DNA from: a virus
Taxonomy: Duplodnaviria; Caudoviricetes
Reading direction: 5' to 3' (one strand)
IMG/VR virus record: IMGVR_UViG_3300036770_005500
Location: 1-41,350 of that record
Length of the DNA stretch: 41,350 bases
The notes under the pieces are model-generated. The model was not told the DNA's origin and did no database searches. It worked only from the letters and a program-made list of their open reading frames with translations. Numbering within the stretch: the stretch's first letter is position 1; each line of letters starts with the position of its first letter. A program made the position numbers and the translations under genes. Below, in pieces: positions 8,852-17,651 of the stretch.

Positions 8852-9244
8852 TTAAAATCTCCCTAGTATGGCTTCAGCTGCTCTGGAAGCCTGTTGTTGC
8901 ATGACTTTTTTCTTGAGTTCGCAATACATTTTAGAACCCTGTTGATTTTGTGATCTCTTATACATGTCCTCTACGGTTTCCTGCATAGGAGATATGATTC
9001 TAAGCACATCAGCTTGCCTCCAACCTTTGCTCTGGCTATACATCTCAAACCATTTTAGATCATCACGTATCTTTGCTACTTGTGCGAGCTGATCCTTTTC
9101 GCAATCAAGTTTATCTACACTGACACGCACATCGACGATTTTAGCAGATTGGTTATCATCCCAGAAGCTGGGTATCCAACCTTTTACGGTTGAACACCCA
9201 GTTAGAGTCAAACTGATAGCTGTGATAGCTATGAGTTTTTTCAT
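8852..9244 (-). CDS. Putative lipoprotein
   Basis: Signal peptide II with LTGC lipobox. Confidence 0.75.
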   Translation of the reverse strand: MKKLIAITAISLTLTGCSTVKGWIPSFWDDNQSAKIVDVRVSVDKLDCEKDQLAQVAKIRDDLKWFEMYSQSKGWRQADVLRIISPMQETVEDMYKRSQNQQGSKMYCELKKKVMQQQASRAAEAILGRF

Positions 9245-9498
9245 TTCTTCTTGGCATCCTCTACTTTGGTTCCCTCAAACTTAGGACGTACTTTGACAGT
9301 GGTGCAATTTTGTTTCGGCTTGCCATCTTTGCCCATAACTGGCTTGCCATCTTTGCCCTGCACATCAACGCAGACTTTTTTGGTTTCTGGCGCTTTCTGA
9401 ACTTCTGCGGCTACTTCTTTCTTTGGTTCCTCTTTGGCGCAGGCTACTGTGCCAAATCCTAATGTTCCTACGAACAATGCTGTGACTAATAGTTTCAT
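9241..9498 (-). CDS. Small exported protein with a Cys pair and GKDGKP repeat
   Basis: Signal peptide, AGGAG SD, C..GKDGKP..GKDGKP..C. Confidence 0.75.
   Translation of the reverse strand: MKLLVTALFVGTLGFGTVACAKEEPKKEVAAEVQKAPETKKVCVDVQGKDGKPVMGKDGKPKQNCTTVKVRPKFEGTKVEDAKKK
9317..9358. repeat. 18 bp perfect direct repeat (GGCTTGCCATCTTTGCCC x2, 24 bp period)
   Basis: Copies at 9317-9334 and 9341-9358. Confidence 0.9.
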
Positions 9499-9508
9499 AA
9501 CGTTCTCC

Positions 9509-9907
9509 TTATAGTTCTGGTTCAGCCGCTGGTGCTGGTTTTCTCGGAGCAGGTGCGGCTTGAAACCTACTCACAGAAGTTGTTGATGTGCTCTTACTCA
9601 TCCAGGCAGTTACTCCCATATACGCACCAACCACTCCGGCTTGTGCGATGTAAAATAATCCTAGTAGATCTGCTAGAGCAGCTACCCTTGATTCGGATAC
9701 CCAAGGTAAGAAAAGAGCAATAGTAAAAATTATCATAGAGATCATTGCGGCCCAAGCCATGCGTCTATGGGCATCTGCTTTTTCTTCGCGTAATTCTAAT
9801 TCTAGCATTTCTTGAGCATTATCGATTTCTTCATCATCGACAGTACCGTCGTGATCTACGTCATACTTATTGTATCTAGAATCTCGACAAAGTTTTTTCT
9901 GTACCAT
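9509..9907 (-). CDS. Holin-like two-TM membrane protein with an N-terminal EF-hand loop
   Basis: Start reassigned to MVQKK at 9907 (AGGAG SD); two hydrophobic helices; lies in the lysis cassette. The holin function is inferred from context. Confidence 0.55.
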   Translation of the reverse strand: MVQKKLCRDSRYNKYDVDHDGTVDDEEIDNAQEMLELELREEKADAHRRMAWAAMISMIIFTIALFLPWVSESRVAALADLLGLFYIAQAGVVGAYMGVTAWMSKSTSTTSVSRFQAAPAPRKPAPAAEPEL

Positions 9908-9915
9908 TAACGCTC

Positions 9916-10134
9916 CTACTTTATTTGCTCTAAGACGTAACTTATTGGTCTGTGATATTTTACCATTACTGTTTTTTGTGAATAGTAATCTATAAACACT
10001 AGGCAATCATCTTTCTTTTCAGTAAACTTTGACACCTCTACTACATAAGCATCATTGCCTAACCAATATGTTAACTTTGCTCTAGATCTAAAAAGTCTAG
10101 CCCACCAAGAAACTTTTTTCGCTCCATCGTCCAT
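9916..10134 (-). CDS. Hypothetical protein
   Basis: 72 aa ORF coupled to the o-spanin gene. Confidence 0.65.
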   Translation of the reverse strand: MDDGAKKVSWWARLFRSRAKLTYWLGNDAYVVEVSKFTEKKDDCLVFIDYYSQKTVMVKYHRPISYVLEQIK

Positions 10135-10547
10135 TATTTTGTCTCTGTTTGTTTTGCTTCTTCTTTCTTTTCGGGTTCGTAATATTCTTTATACTTTATA
10201 ATGATCTGGCGTTGCGCTGCGATCATGTTTCTTAGCTCTGCTATAGTAACTGCTAGCTGTTCGTAACCATTATCTGTTAGTCCTAACAAGACAATATCTG
10301 CGTTGGCTTCTTTTAATTTTGCCCAGATTTGTTCGGCATTTTCGGGAGTGATGATGATCCACTCGATAGGTTTGGCTGTGACAGGAGCTGGAAATGGGAT
10401 ATCTAATCTCGTGCGCTCTACTGCCTTGGTCTGGATTTCAACAGGTTTTACTCTCTCGCCAAAGAGATTACCAAAGCTAGCACATCCTGACAGACTACTG
10501 GCCAGGAGCAGGCTTATAATTGGGGTTCGCAAGTGTTGGACATTCAC
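10134..10547 (-). CDS. o-spanin-like outer-membrane lipoprotein
   Basis: LSGC lipobox, Pro-rich segment, overlaps the 3' end of the i-spanin gene. Confidence 0.75.
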   Translation of the reverse strand: MNVQHLRTPIISLLLASSLSGCASFGNLFGERVKPVEIQTKAVERTRLDIPFPAPVTAKPIEWIIITPENAEQIWAKLKEANADIVLLGLTDNGYEQLAVTIAELRNMIAAQRQIIIKYKEYYEPEKKEEAKQTETK

Positions 10548-10995
10548 GGTTTATCTCGCTCGATGTTGTGGCTTTTAATTCCTCAGGAGTATGCGGAGCA
10601 CCAGATGCTAGTTCTAAACATCTCAATGCTCTAGCAGTTCCTCTATTGACAGCCTTTTCTACCACCTCGGGTTTTTCAGCTGCTAACGCACCAAAGTCTC
10701 TAGCTTCGCCTTTAGAATTGACAGAGAATCTATTTTGTAGTTGTGCGACTTCCTGTCTCTGACGATCGGCTTCTTTGGCAAGATCTTGGTTGATGGTTTG
10801 TATCTGGGCGATATCGGCTTTCATTTGTTCCATCAATGCCTGCTGGGCCTGTATACCTTCTTCTAGTTTTTTGTTGTTCATTTCGCTGACAGCTAAGTCA
10901 GCTCTGAGCCCTGTGATATAATAGACACCGCCTGCTATAGTAACCACTATTATCAATGCTACTATGGCTTTGATTATACCACCTATACCGAACAT
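10495..10995 (-). CDS. i-spanin-like protein
   Basis: N-terminal TM helix, long coiled coil and C-terminal cysteines; directly follows the endolysin. Confidence 0.75.
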   Translation of the reverse strand: MFGIGGIIKAIVALIIVVTIAGGVYYITGLRADLAVSEMNNKKLEEGIQAQQALMEQMKADIAQIQTINQDLAKEADRQRQEVAQLQNRFSVNSKGEARDFGALAAEKPEVVEKAVNRGTARALRCLELASGAPHTPEELKATTSSEINRECPTLANPNYKPAPGQ

Positions 10996-11627
10996 TAGTG
11001 ATCTCCGAATAGATGCAGTGCGTGTTCGTAATGCTTAATTCGATCTTCTAACCCAATGAACCCGCCGTTGATTTTTCTTGTCATCAGTTTGATATCTTTG
11101 GCATCTGCTTCTTTGTTGAGATTGTTTTGCTCCCAAAACCAGCAGGCTGATTGTACAGCACCTTCAAAAGTCTGTAGGTATTCTGGGATCTCTTCTAAGG
11201 GCGTATCGATGCTGGCTGCGAAGATAGTGTAATTGTTTTTACCAGTCAATTGGATCAACCCACGACCTAGATAACGGAAACCATCACCGCTAGCTTCGTC
11301 CCCGTTGCCCATGCGATTAGCATAGACACGATTAGCGATTTTTTCTGGTTTCTTTTCGTACTGAGCAGCTAATTCATCTGTTGGAAAATACTTGGCAAAG
11401 ACTTTGCGCAAACTAGCCGCTTTGTAATTTAAATTTTCTTTGAGAAAGCGAAAGTTGCCGCTTTCGTGTGCGCATTGTGCTAGGAACGCCGCCACTCGTT
11501 TTGGAGTATTGATTTCATAAACAGGCAGTATCTGGCATAGTGCGTCATACCAATAATCTAGATAGGGATTTTTTCCTATCATGTCTTGTAAATGTTCTTT
11601 TTTAAATTCAAATGTGAATCCGCTCAT
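10995..11627 (-). CDS. Endolysin, glycoside hydrolase family 19
   Basis: FLAQCAHES, ENLNY, GRGLIQLTGKNNY, SACWFW and TRKINGG motifs. Confidence 0.93.
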   Translation of the reverse strand: MSGFTFEFKKEHLQDMIGKNPYLDYWYDALCQILPVYEINTPKRVAAFLAQCAHESGNFRFLKENLNYKAASLRKVFAKYFPTDELAAQYEKKPEKIANRVYANRMGNGDEASGDGFRYLGRGLIQLTGKNNYTIFAASIDTPLEEIPEYLQTFEGAVQSACWFWEQNNLNKEADAKDIKLMTRKINGGFIGLEDRIKHYEHALHLFGDH

Positions 11628-12373
11628 TGTTCAATCCTTTGTAAAATTAAGGCTCTATCGCCGTTTTCAAAAACAAAACCATCGTCGATTTTATTAATGT
11701 TGTAGTCTCCAAATACTTTAGTTAACCAAAATATTTCGCCCATGGCAACATGATCTAGCATCGGCGCAGTTCCGGTATTTTCTAGAATGTTATTTTTATT
11801 GCCTTCCTGTATAATTTTAAAACTAAATGTTTTTCCATACGGCTTGAAGATAGTTATCACATCATCGGTTAAAATAAAATCATCCATTAAAGTTTTATTG
11901 AAAAATCTTTTAAGATCTTCGGTTTTTATCTGTCTTAAGTAAAGTTCATATCTATCCGGTGTAGATGGAATGGTTTCTTTTAATGACTCTGTGGTCACTT
12001 GATTCCTCTTATCCGATTTGTGATATTTAAATTCCCAATCTGTTATTCCAGTTAACCTTCTAACTCCATAAGTAATTTCTTTTATTTCTTCGGCTAAAGC
12101 AGGACTTCTTTTTAACTCTACAAATACGTAATATTCTCCCTGGGCGTTTTCTCCTGCACTGACATCTGCATCAAGAACGAACCCGTAGCCTTTTTCTATA
12201 AATTCCATTAAATCTCTAGCCGGGTTTCTTTCTTTGACCTTGAATGATAGAACGCATACGTCGCGATCTTCTCCCATCTTAGATCTATAAGTATCTACCT
12301 CAAACAGTGGATAGATTAAATCTGCGAGATCAAATGGTCTTAGCCCTTCGTTAATCAAATTATTGTGCAGCAC
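11624..12373 (-). CDS. Hypothetical phage protein
   Basis: ORF track 11624..12433; GTG at 12373 follows an AAGGAG SD and overlaps the upstream stop. Confidence 0.7.
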   Translation of the reverse strand: MLHNNLINEGLRPFDLADLIYPLFEVDTYRSKMGEDRDVCVLSFKVKERNPARDLMEFIEKGYGFVLDADVSAGENAQGEYYVFVELKRSPALAEEIKEITYGVRRLTGITDWEFKYHKSDKRNQVTTESLKETIPSTPDRYELYLRQIKTEDLKRFFNKTLMDDFILTDDVITIFKPYGKTFSFKIIQEGNKNNILENTGTAPMLDHVAMGEIFWLTKVFGDYNINKIDDGFVFENGDRALILQRIEQ

Positions 12374-12887
12374 CTTCTTCTCCTTGTGGTGAGGGCTGCG
12401 CCGCTTCTGGCGCGGCTGTTTGTACAGCACCATTAAGATTTAAAATATCTTCTATTTTATTTTTATCTAGATTTCGATAGCCTCGATTTACGTCGTGCAT
12501 CAATTTTTTAGGCATACTTATTTTGACCATCCATATGTCTTCGTAGTCTATCTTACCTTTTCTAGTGCCGGGGCGTATATCATCGGGTTTCTTAATTTTT
12601 CTTACCTTAGCAAGTTTAGTTTCTGCAAATTGAACCTTGCAGCCGTAATCTAGTAGCCTTAGGCCACCTTGAGGTTCTGGCATGTCTTCTTTAGGCCACA
12701 TAAAAGTGCATTCTACAAAATATCTAGATTCATTAGGGCCTGCAACTAATTCGCCTTCTATCCAGTTTTTGTACACATAAACATCCAACTCGTCTATAAC
12801 ACGTTCAAAATCCTTTAACAGGTTCAAACTGTTATTAGAACCGTATATGTTTTCAATATTGGTAATAATATCTTTAAGATCTGTCAT
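12360..12887 (-). CDS. Hypothetical phage protein
   Basis: ORF track 12360..12899; ATG at 12887 has a GAGGA SD; TAAATA at 12902-12907. Confidence 0.75.
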   Translation of the reverse strand: MTDLKDIITNIENIYGSNNSLNLLKDFERVIDELDVYVYKNWIEGELVAGPNESRYFVECTFMWPKEDMPEPQGGLRLLDYGCKVQFAETKLAKVRKIKKPDDIRPGTRKGKIDYEDIWMVKISMPKKLMHDVNRGYRNLDKNKIEDILNLNGAVQTAAPEAAQPSPQGEEGAAQ

Positions 12888-12901
12888 AATCGTCCTCATT
12901 G

Positions 12902-12958
12902 TATTTATCAGTCAAAAAACTATCTTAGCAGATAACTTTTTTCAGACTTGGTTAAATA
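12902..12958. promoter_or_regulatory. Divergent late promoters (TAAATA minus 12902-12907; plus 12953-12958)
   Basis: Both motifs sit in the divergent intergenic region. Confidence 0.65.
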
Positions 12959-12961
12959 CTT

Positions 12962-13006
12962 TTGTGCTCGGTACGGGCACAACGGTCCGAGGTCCGTGCC
13001 TAGCAC
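12962..13006 (+). promoter_or_regulatory. Structured 5' leader of phoH
   Basis: GC-rich island able to form two alternative hairpins with G-U pairs, just upstream of AAGGAGG. Confidence 0.6.
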
Positions 13007-13029
13007 TTAAAAAGGAGGGCTAACCTTAT

Positions 13030-13770
13030 ATGAAGCGTAAAAGAACGCAACAGCATCAAAATCAGCAGTATGACACACGATTTAACAGCAATGTTATAAA
13101 TATCGATCAAAAACTCCAGCAAAAACGTAGACACATACAAATATACCCCAAAAATCTCAGCCAAGAAAATTACTTACTCAAGTTAAACGACCCCGAAAAG
13201 ATGATAGTTTTTGCTATCGGACCAGCGGGCACGGGTAAAACTATGCTGGCTGTGCAGTGGGCTATCAAGCAATTAAATTGGGGAGATATCACTAAGATTG
13301 TTATAACTAGACCGGCTGTTAGTGTGGATGAGCAACATGGTTTCTTACCTGGAGACTTAAATCAAAAGATGGAACCATGGACTAAGCCTATAATGGATGT
13401 TTTCGCCGAAAATTATAATGCTAGAGAAATTGAACACATGATAAGAGAGGGGGTGATCGAGATTAGCCCTCTAGCATATATGAGAGGCAGAACTTTCAAA
13501 GACTCTATTATTATCGCTGATGAGATGCAAAACGCAACTCCCAGCCAGATGAAAATGCTACTGACAAGACTAGGACAAGGATCGCAGATGGTAGTCACTG
13601 GTGATCTACAGCAGGCAGATAGACCGTCAAATAACGGCCTGCTCGAATTCCTTGGGTTATATAATGACTTTGAAAATCACCGATACGTCGATGTTTGTCA
13701 CTTTACCATAGGTGATGTTGAGAGACACGATGCAGTAAAGGAGATATTATCTATCTATAAAGATAATTAA
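13030..13770 (+). CDS. phoH: PhoH-family ATPase
   Basis: GPAGTGKT, TRPAV, GFLPG, YMRGRT, DEMQN, LTRLG and TGDLQQ motifs. Confidence 0.95.
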   Translation: MKRKRTQQHQNQQYDTRFNSNVINIDQKLQQKRRHIQIYPKNLSQENYLLKLNDPEKMIVFAIGPAGTGKTMLAVQWAIKQLNWGDITKIVITRPAVSVDEQHGFLPGDLNQKMEPWTKPIMDVFAENYNAREIEHMIREGVIEISPLAYMRGRTFKDSIIIADEMQNATPSQMKMLLTRLGQGSQMVVTGDLQQADRPSNNGLLEFLGLYNDFENHRYVDVCHFTIGDVERHDAVKEILSIYKDN

Positions 13771-13803
13771 AAAAATACAAGGCTTCGTAAGAAGCCTTGT
13801 ATT
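13769..13803 (-). terminator. Intrinsic terminator between convergent genes, possibly bidirectional
   Basis: 13 bp perfect stem AATACAAGGCTTC-GTAA-GAAGCCTTGTATT; T-tract on the minus strand. Confidence 0.85.
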
Positions 13804-14410
13804 ACCTTGAAAAAATTAGATTAAAACTAAAACTTAAACGATTGTTATCTGTTAGATTAGTTTCTATCCCATGTTCTAACCATCCGGGAAATAAAAGTAT
13901 TCTAGAAACTTTTGGACTGTATTTGATAATTGGGTCGAGGTTAGTAAAGGTTCTCGAATGTTGGGCTAATTTATTAGGATTTAAAAAATAAATGTCTCCG
14001 CCGTGTTCGCTGGATTCAAGATAAATTACGCCTGACACATCTGCATCGCTGTGCATATGTACGTGACCAAAGTTGTTTTTTTTAAAAAGAGAAAACCAAG
14101 AATTGGTAATTTGAAATTCGTTTGAAAAAACATTACCTACATTTGAACTAAAACCTTTTGTGTATTCCTGAATATGATATGACAAATTTTTAATAAGGTT
14201 TTGCTTTATCTTATCATCTAAGCACCGATCCTTAAATGAAAACTCCGAAATATAATGACTATGCCAGCCAACTGGCATAAAAAATTTTTCAGCTGCAATT
14301 AACTCGTGGCCTATTTTTTTTAAATCATTCTTTAATCCAATATCTATTTCTGAATGATAGATCGGTAAAGCGAAATGAAAGTCCAGCATAGAATTATTAG
14401 ATTCTTGCAA
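13802..14410 (-). CDS. 2OG-Fe(II) oxygenase-like protein
   Basis: HxH..SGVIYL, LLFPGWLEHG and RLSFSFN motifs. Confidence 0.85.
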   Translation of the reverse strand: MQESNNSMLDFHFALPIYHSEIDIGLKNDLKKIGHELIAAEKFFMPVGWHSHYISEFSFKDRCLDDKIKQNLIKNLSYHIQEYTKGFSSNVGNVFSNEFQITNSWFSLFKKNNFGHVHMHSDADVSGVIYLESSEHGGDIYFLNPNKLAQHSRTFTNLDPIIKYSPKVSRILLFPGWLEHGIETNLTDNNRLSFSFNLIFSR

Positions 14411-15311
14411 GTTTTACCAATGTTGCAGACAGATTTATCTCCGCATCAGCGATAAAGGCATGGTCTACCAATCCTTGTTTTATTATCAATATTGCTTTAT
14501 TTTGCGATTCCTCTTCACCGAAAATCTGAAGGTTATCATAAAGCCAACGATAAACTTCTTCCATTTCTTCTGCACGTAGTTTGCTACACAACATTTTTCT
14601 AGCTTCTGAAATTTTCCCTGCCATAAAAAGGTCGACCATTTCATATTTCCAATCAGCCATTCCGCTATCATTTTTGTTCGGCGAATTTAGATGACCTTCT
14701 TGAACATTTTGCTGCAAAAGATTTATACATTTTCTTAGATCTGGATAGGTTAGTTTGACATATTCGTCAAGAGTTTCCAACGAGAAATCAATAGCCTCCT
14801 CAACAAGAATAGTAGCAACACGAGCGGTAAACTCAGTAATATCCGTTCGCTCGATGTGAAATCCTTGACATCGTGAGTGTATAGCAGGGATAATACGATT
14901 GGGGAAGTTACAAGTGAGAATAAATCTCGCAGTCGAGTGGTATTCTTCCATAACACCACGCAACGCTGCCTGAGCGTTTGGAGATAAGTAATCAGCTTCA
15001 TCTAATAGCACCACCTTAAAAGGTCCAAATGGAATCATCTGCACAAAATTAGTAATTTTGTCTCTGACATCGTCTACTGAATTAGTGCGGCTTGCATTTA
15101 TTTCTAACACATCACAATCTTGAATTCCAATTTCATTTATTAAGATTTTAGCAAGAGTAGTCTTTCCGATACCTGCACTGCCACTTAATAGTAGATGAGG
15201 AATACTTTTTTCTTTAATCCACAAGTCGACTTGTTTTTTTTGATGTTCATCTCTAAAAACGTACCCATCGATTTTTTTAGGTCTGTATTTTTCTACCCAT
15301 AGAGCTTTCAT
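14397..15311 (-). CDS. Sliding-clamp loader ATPase (RFC small subunit / T4 gp44-like)
   Basis: WVEKYRP, GIGKTT, EINAS, LDEAD and SRC motifs. Confidence 0.93.
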   Translation of the reverse strand: MKALWVEKYRPKKIDGYVFRDEHQKKQVDLWIKEKSIPHLLLSGSAGIGKTTLAKILINEIGIQDCDVLEINASRTNSVDDVRDKITNFVQMIPFGPFKVVLLDEADYLSPNAQAALRGVMEEYHSTARFILTCNFPNRIIPAIHSRCQGFHIERTDITEFTARVATILVEEAIDFSLETLDEYVKLTYPDLRKCINLLQQNVQEGHLNSPNKNDSGMADWKYEMVDLFMAGKISEARKMLCSKLRAEEMEEVYRWLYDNLQIFGEEESQNKAILIIKQGLVDHAFIADAEINLSATLVKLARI

Positions 15312-15730
15312 TTTTGCAATCCCTTTTCTACTTCAGCAGCTACCACACGCTGCCTAAGTTCAGTTGTTGAAAAACTATGCCTACGCTGGTTATAATATTT
15401 TTCCATTGGAAGTTCTTTTCCGGTAAAATCTTTTAGCATATATTCTTCTCCTAATATTCTAACGTCAATAGGATAAGAAAGCAAGATGTCTGTTAATTCT
15501 TTTTCAGTTGCGTATGGAATTACTTTGTCTACATACTTACAAGATTCGATCTGTATCCATCTTTCAAATACACTTTGGACAGGTTTGTTTTTTTCCGTTG
15601 GGCGGTCCAAAGTTGGATCTGTTTGTAATCCTACTATAAGATAATCGCATTGTTTTTTTGCCTCTTCGAGCATTAACAAATGACCCGCATGAAACAAATC
15701 GAACGTCGAACAGGTAAAACCGATTTTCAT
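15308..15730 (-). CDS. tagD: Glycerol-3-phosphate cytidylyltransferase-like (TagD family)
   Basis: FDLFHAGH, LIVGLQTD and FSTTELR motifs; substrate uncertain. Confidence 0.8.
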   Translation of the reverse strand: MKIGFTCSTFDLFHAGHLLMLEEAKKQCDYLIVGLQTDPTLDRPTEKNKPVQSVFERWIQIESCKYVDKVIPYATEKELTDILLSYPIDVRILGEEYMLKDFTGKELPMEKYYNQRRHSFSTTELRQRVVAAEVEKGLQK

Positions 15731-16128
15731 TCCTCAAAACCCTGCTTTAAAATTCTATTTTCTTTTGATAGATAAGGTTGAAGATCAGGTGGTTTCCAAC
15801 CTTCTGGTTTCAAAACTTTACCATCTTCACGTTTACGAACTTTGCCTGTTTCTGGATCAATCTTGGCTAAGTTTGTGCGCATAACTTCGTTCCACGCTCC
15901 TTCGGCATCTGCACCCATAGAATGTATAGCACCAATAGTAACAACTAATATATCGATCAGTGCGTCTAAGGTTTCAACACGATCTTTGGCAATCATTGCT
16001 TGATTTAGTTCTTCGGCTTCTTCTTCGATCAATTTAAGATACATATTAAACTGTCCTGTATTACCTCTATCTACAGATTGATCGCAGGCGGTCATAAATT
16101 TTTCTTGATCCAGAAAAGGATTGGTCAT
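15727..16128 (-). CDS. MazG-like all-alpha NTP pyrophosphohydrolase
   Basis: IEEEAEEL..DALID acidic motif, EVMRTNLAK and REDGKVLKP. Confidence 0.85.
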   Translation of the reverse strand: MTNPFLDQEKFMTACDQSVDRGNTGQFNMYLKLIEEEAEELNQAMIAKDRVETLDALIDILVVTIGAIHSMGADAEGAWNEVMRTNLAKIDPETGKVRKREDGKVLKPEGWKPPDLQPYLSKENRILKQGFEE

Positions 16129-16137
16129 AGTATCTCC

Positions 16138-16374
16138 TTAAGACTTTAGATGCTTAATGATACGTTTTTTTTCTTGTTCTGTCAACCACTCCTCTTCTCC
16201 GGAAAAAGATGGAGAAGATTGCAATACCTGATCTATTATGAACTTTATTTCATACAGTTCTTTTTTGATTTCGAAAGACGTATAGCCGTCGTTATATGGG
16301 CTAGCGCATTCTCTATACATACGATAAATTTGATGAGACATTTCTGAAATGTCCCAGGTTTTTTTAAACCCCAT
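16138..16374 (-). CDS. Hypothetical phage protein
   Basis: 78 aa coupled ORF. Confidence 0.7.
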   Translation of the reverse strand: MGFKKTWDISEMSHQIYRMYRECASPYNDGYTSFEIKKELYEIKFIIDQVLQSSPSFSGEEEWLTEQEKKRIIKHLKS

Positions 16375-16730
16375 TAATTATCGCCGATAATAAGATCTTC
16401 TGGACCGGGAGGTTCGTCGCTGACTGCTAATATACAATCAACATCAATTTTTTGGATAAATTTTTCCGATTCCCCATCGTGTATTTTTATGCGTCTAGAC
16501 CAACGGCCGTGTTCTACTAAAATCCATTGTCCAATTTTAACATCTGTTTGTCCTGGACCTGTTTTGTAAACTTGCCCCCATCTAGGTTTAATACCGTGAG
16601 ATTTACCATCGTCGGATCTTAGGATCAATCCTGATGCTGTTTTCATTTCGTCAAACGACATATTAGAAATAATCACATCTTTATTCAAAGCTCGAATTTT
16701 GATATGTTTTGTATCATAAGATGTAGACAT
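16374..16730 (-). CDS. groES: GroES-like co-chaperonin
   Basis: IRAL..V, KTASGLIL mobile loop, GPG..VKIG, ILAV. Confidence 0.85.
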   Translation of the reverse strand: MSTSYDTKHIKIRALNKDVIISNMSFDEMKTASGLILRSDDGKSHGIKPRWGQVYKTGPGQTDVKIGQWILVEHGRWSRRIKIHDGESEKFIQKIDVDCILAVSDEPPGPEDLIIGDN

Positions 16731-16731
16731 T

Positions 16732-16965
16732 TTAACGTGTGCTTCCTTTCTCCGCTACGATATCTCTATCTAAGGTGCGCGGATTTTTTTTGTAATACTC
16801 TTCTAATATTTGCTCTCTTGTTTTAACAATTTTACCGCCTGCGCCTAATTCATCACCTCTGGCGTTTACTCTAATATTACCAACTGCTGGTGTGGTTTCG
16901 TTTCTAAGAGACAGTTTCTCCAAGTCGATCTCTTTTCCTCTCATAGTTCTATGCGTCTTACCCAT
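16732..16965 (-). CDS. Hypothetical phage protein
   Basis: 77 aa ORF with AGGAG SD. Confidence 0.75.
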   Translation of the reverse strand: MGKTHRTMRGKEIDLEKLSLRNETTPAVGNIRVNARGDELGAGGKIVKTREQILEEYYKKNPRTLDRDIVAEKGSTR

Positions 16966-16966
16966 G

Positions 16967-17449
16967 TTATTCTCCTTTAAAGAATTCTTCTATTGGTAGA
17001 TTATATTTAACACTATCTATCTTATGTACCCCTATTAAAAAGAGCGCATAACTAGCTACGCTGGATCCTCTTCCTACTCCCCACATGATTTGGTTTGATC
17101 TCATAGAATCTACCAAATATTTCATTGCCTTTAAAACCATGATCATGTTATGTTTTTTAAATAACTCTAATTCAACTTCGAGTCTATCGTAGTTTTCAGC
17201 AGGACACTGACTAATCAGAAATTGTTCTATATCGAAATTCTTATATTTTTCTGGTATAAACCAATTTTGAGAATTAATATTATTTTTTGGTAGAGGGTAA
17301 TCCAGTCTTTCTGTTTCTATTCGACTCTGGTATTTGTAAAGCACATCGTTTGGCACAACACAGTGCTCTAGTATGTTTATGCCGTGTAATATAATGCCTG
17401 TGCAGACATCATTTTCAATCGACGTTGATGAGTTGATCGAGGTCTCCAT
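16967..17449 (-). CDS. dnaE: DNA polymerase III alpha (C-family) fragment; split gene
   Basis: RLEVELEL..WGVGRGSSVASYALFLIGVHKIDSVKYNL matches the DnaE GxGRGS region; the ORF ends before the catalytic PDxDxD motif. Confidence 0.8.
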   Translation of the reverse strand: METSINSSTSIENDVCTGIILHGINILEHCVVPNDVLYKYQSRIETERLDYPLPKNNINSQNWFIPEKYKNFDIEQFLISQCPAENYDRLEVELELFKKHNMIMVLKAMKYLVDSMRSNQIMWGVGRGSSVASYALFLIGVHKIDSVKYNLPIEEFFKGE

Positions 17450-17651
17450 TGAGTGCTGTGTTTGCTTTTTCTTTATATCTTGTTTGCAGTTCTTCTTTGT
17501 ACATTGTAAGATAATTTTGTAATTGCGTCAACAGTTCTGGTTTACCTAATCTATAAGCTGTCCAATATTTTTTAGAAATATCTTGTATCTTATTTTCAAT
17601 CTCTGTTTCGGTGAGTTGACTCAGATCTTCATGTATCGGAGGTTCTATCAT
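17415..17651 (-). CDS. Hypothetical coiled-coil protein
   Basis: 78 aa coupled ORF. Confidence 0.7.
   Translation of the reverse strand: MIEPPIHEDLSQLTETEIENKIQDISKKYWTAYRLGKPELLTQLQNYLTMYKEELQTRYKEKANTALNGDLDQLINVD

Noticed and set aside
9908-10006. N-terminal extension of the 165 aa ORF
   Set aside because: It overlaps the 72 aa gene; an SD-supported ATG at 9907 is the better start.
12962-13006. tRNA, ribozyme or terminator reading of the phoH leader
   Set aside because: Too short for a cloverleaf, no T-loop or hammerhead core, and no U-tract after the stem on the sense strand.
16967-17449. Split-intein DnaE or pseudogene
   Set aside because: No Cys-initiated intein N-fragment follows, and the ORF is cleanly coupled to its neighbours.
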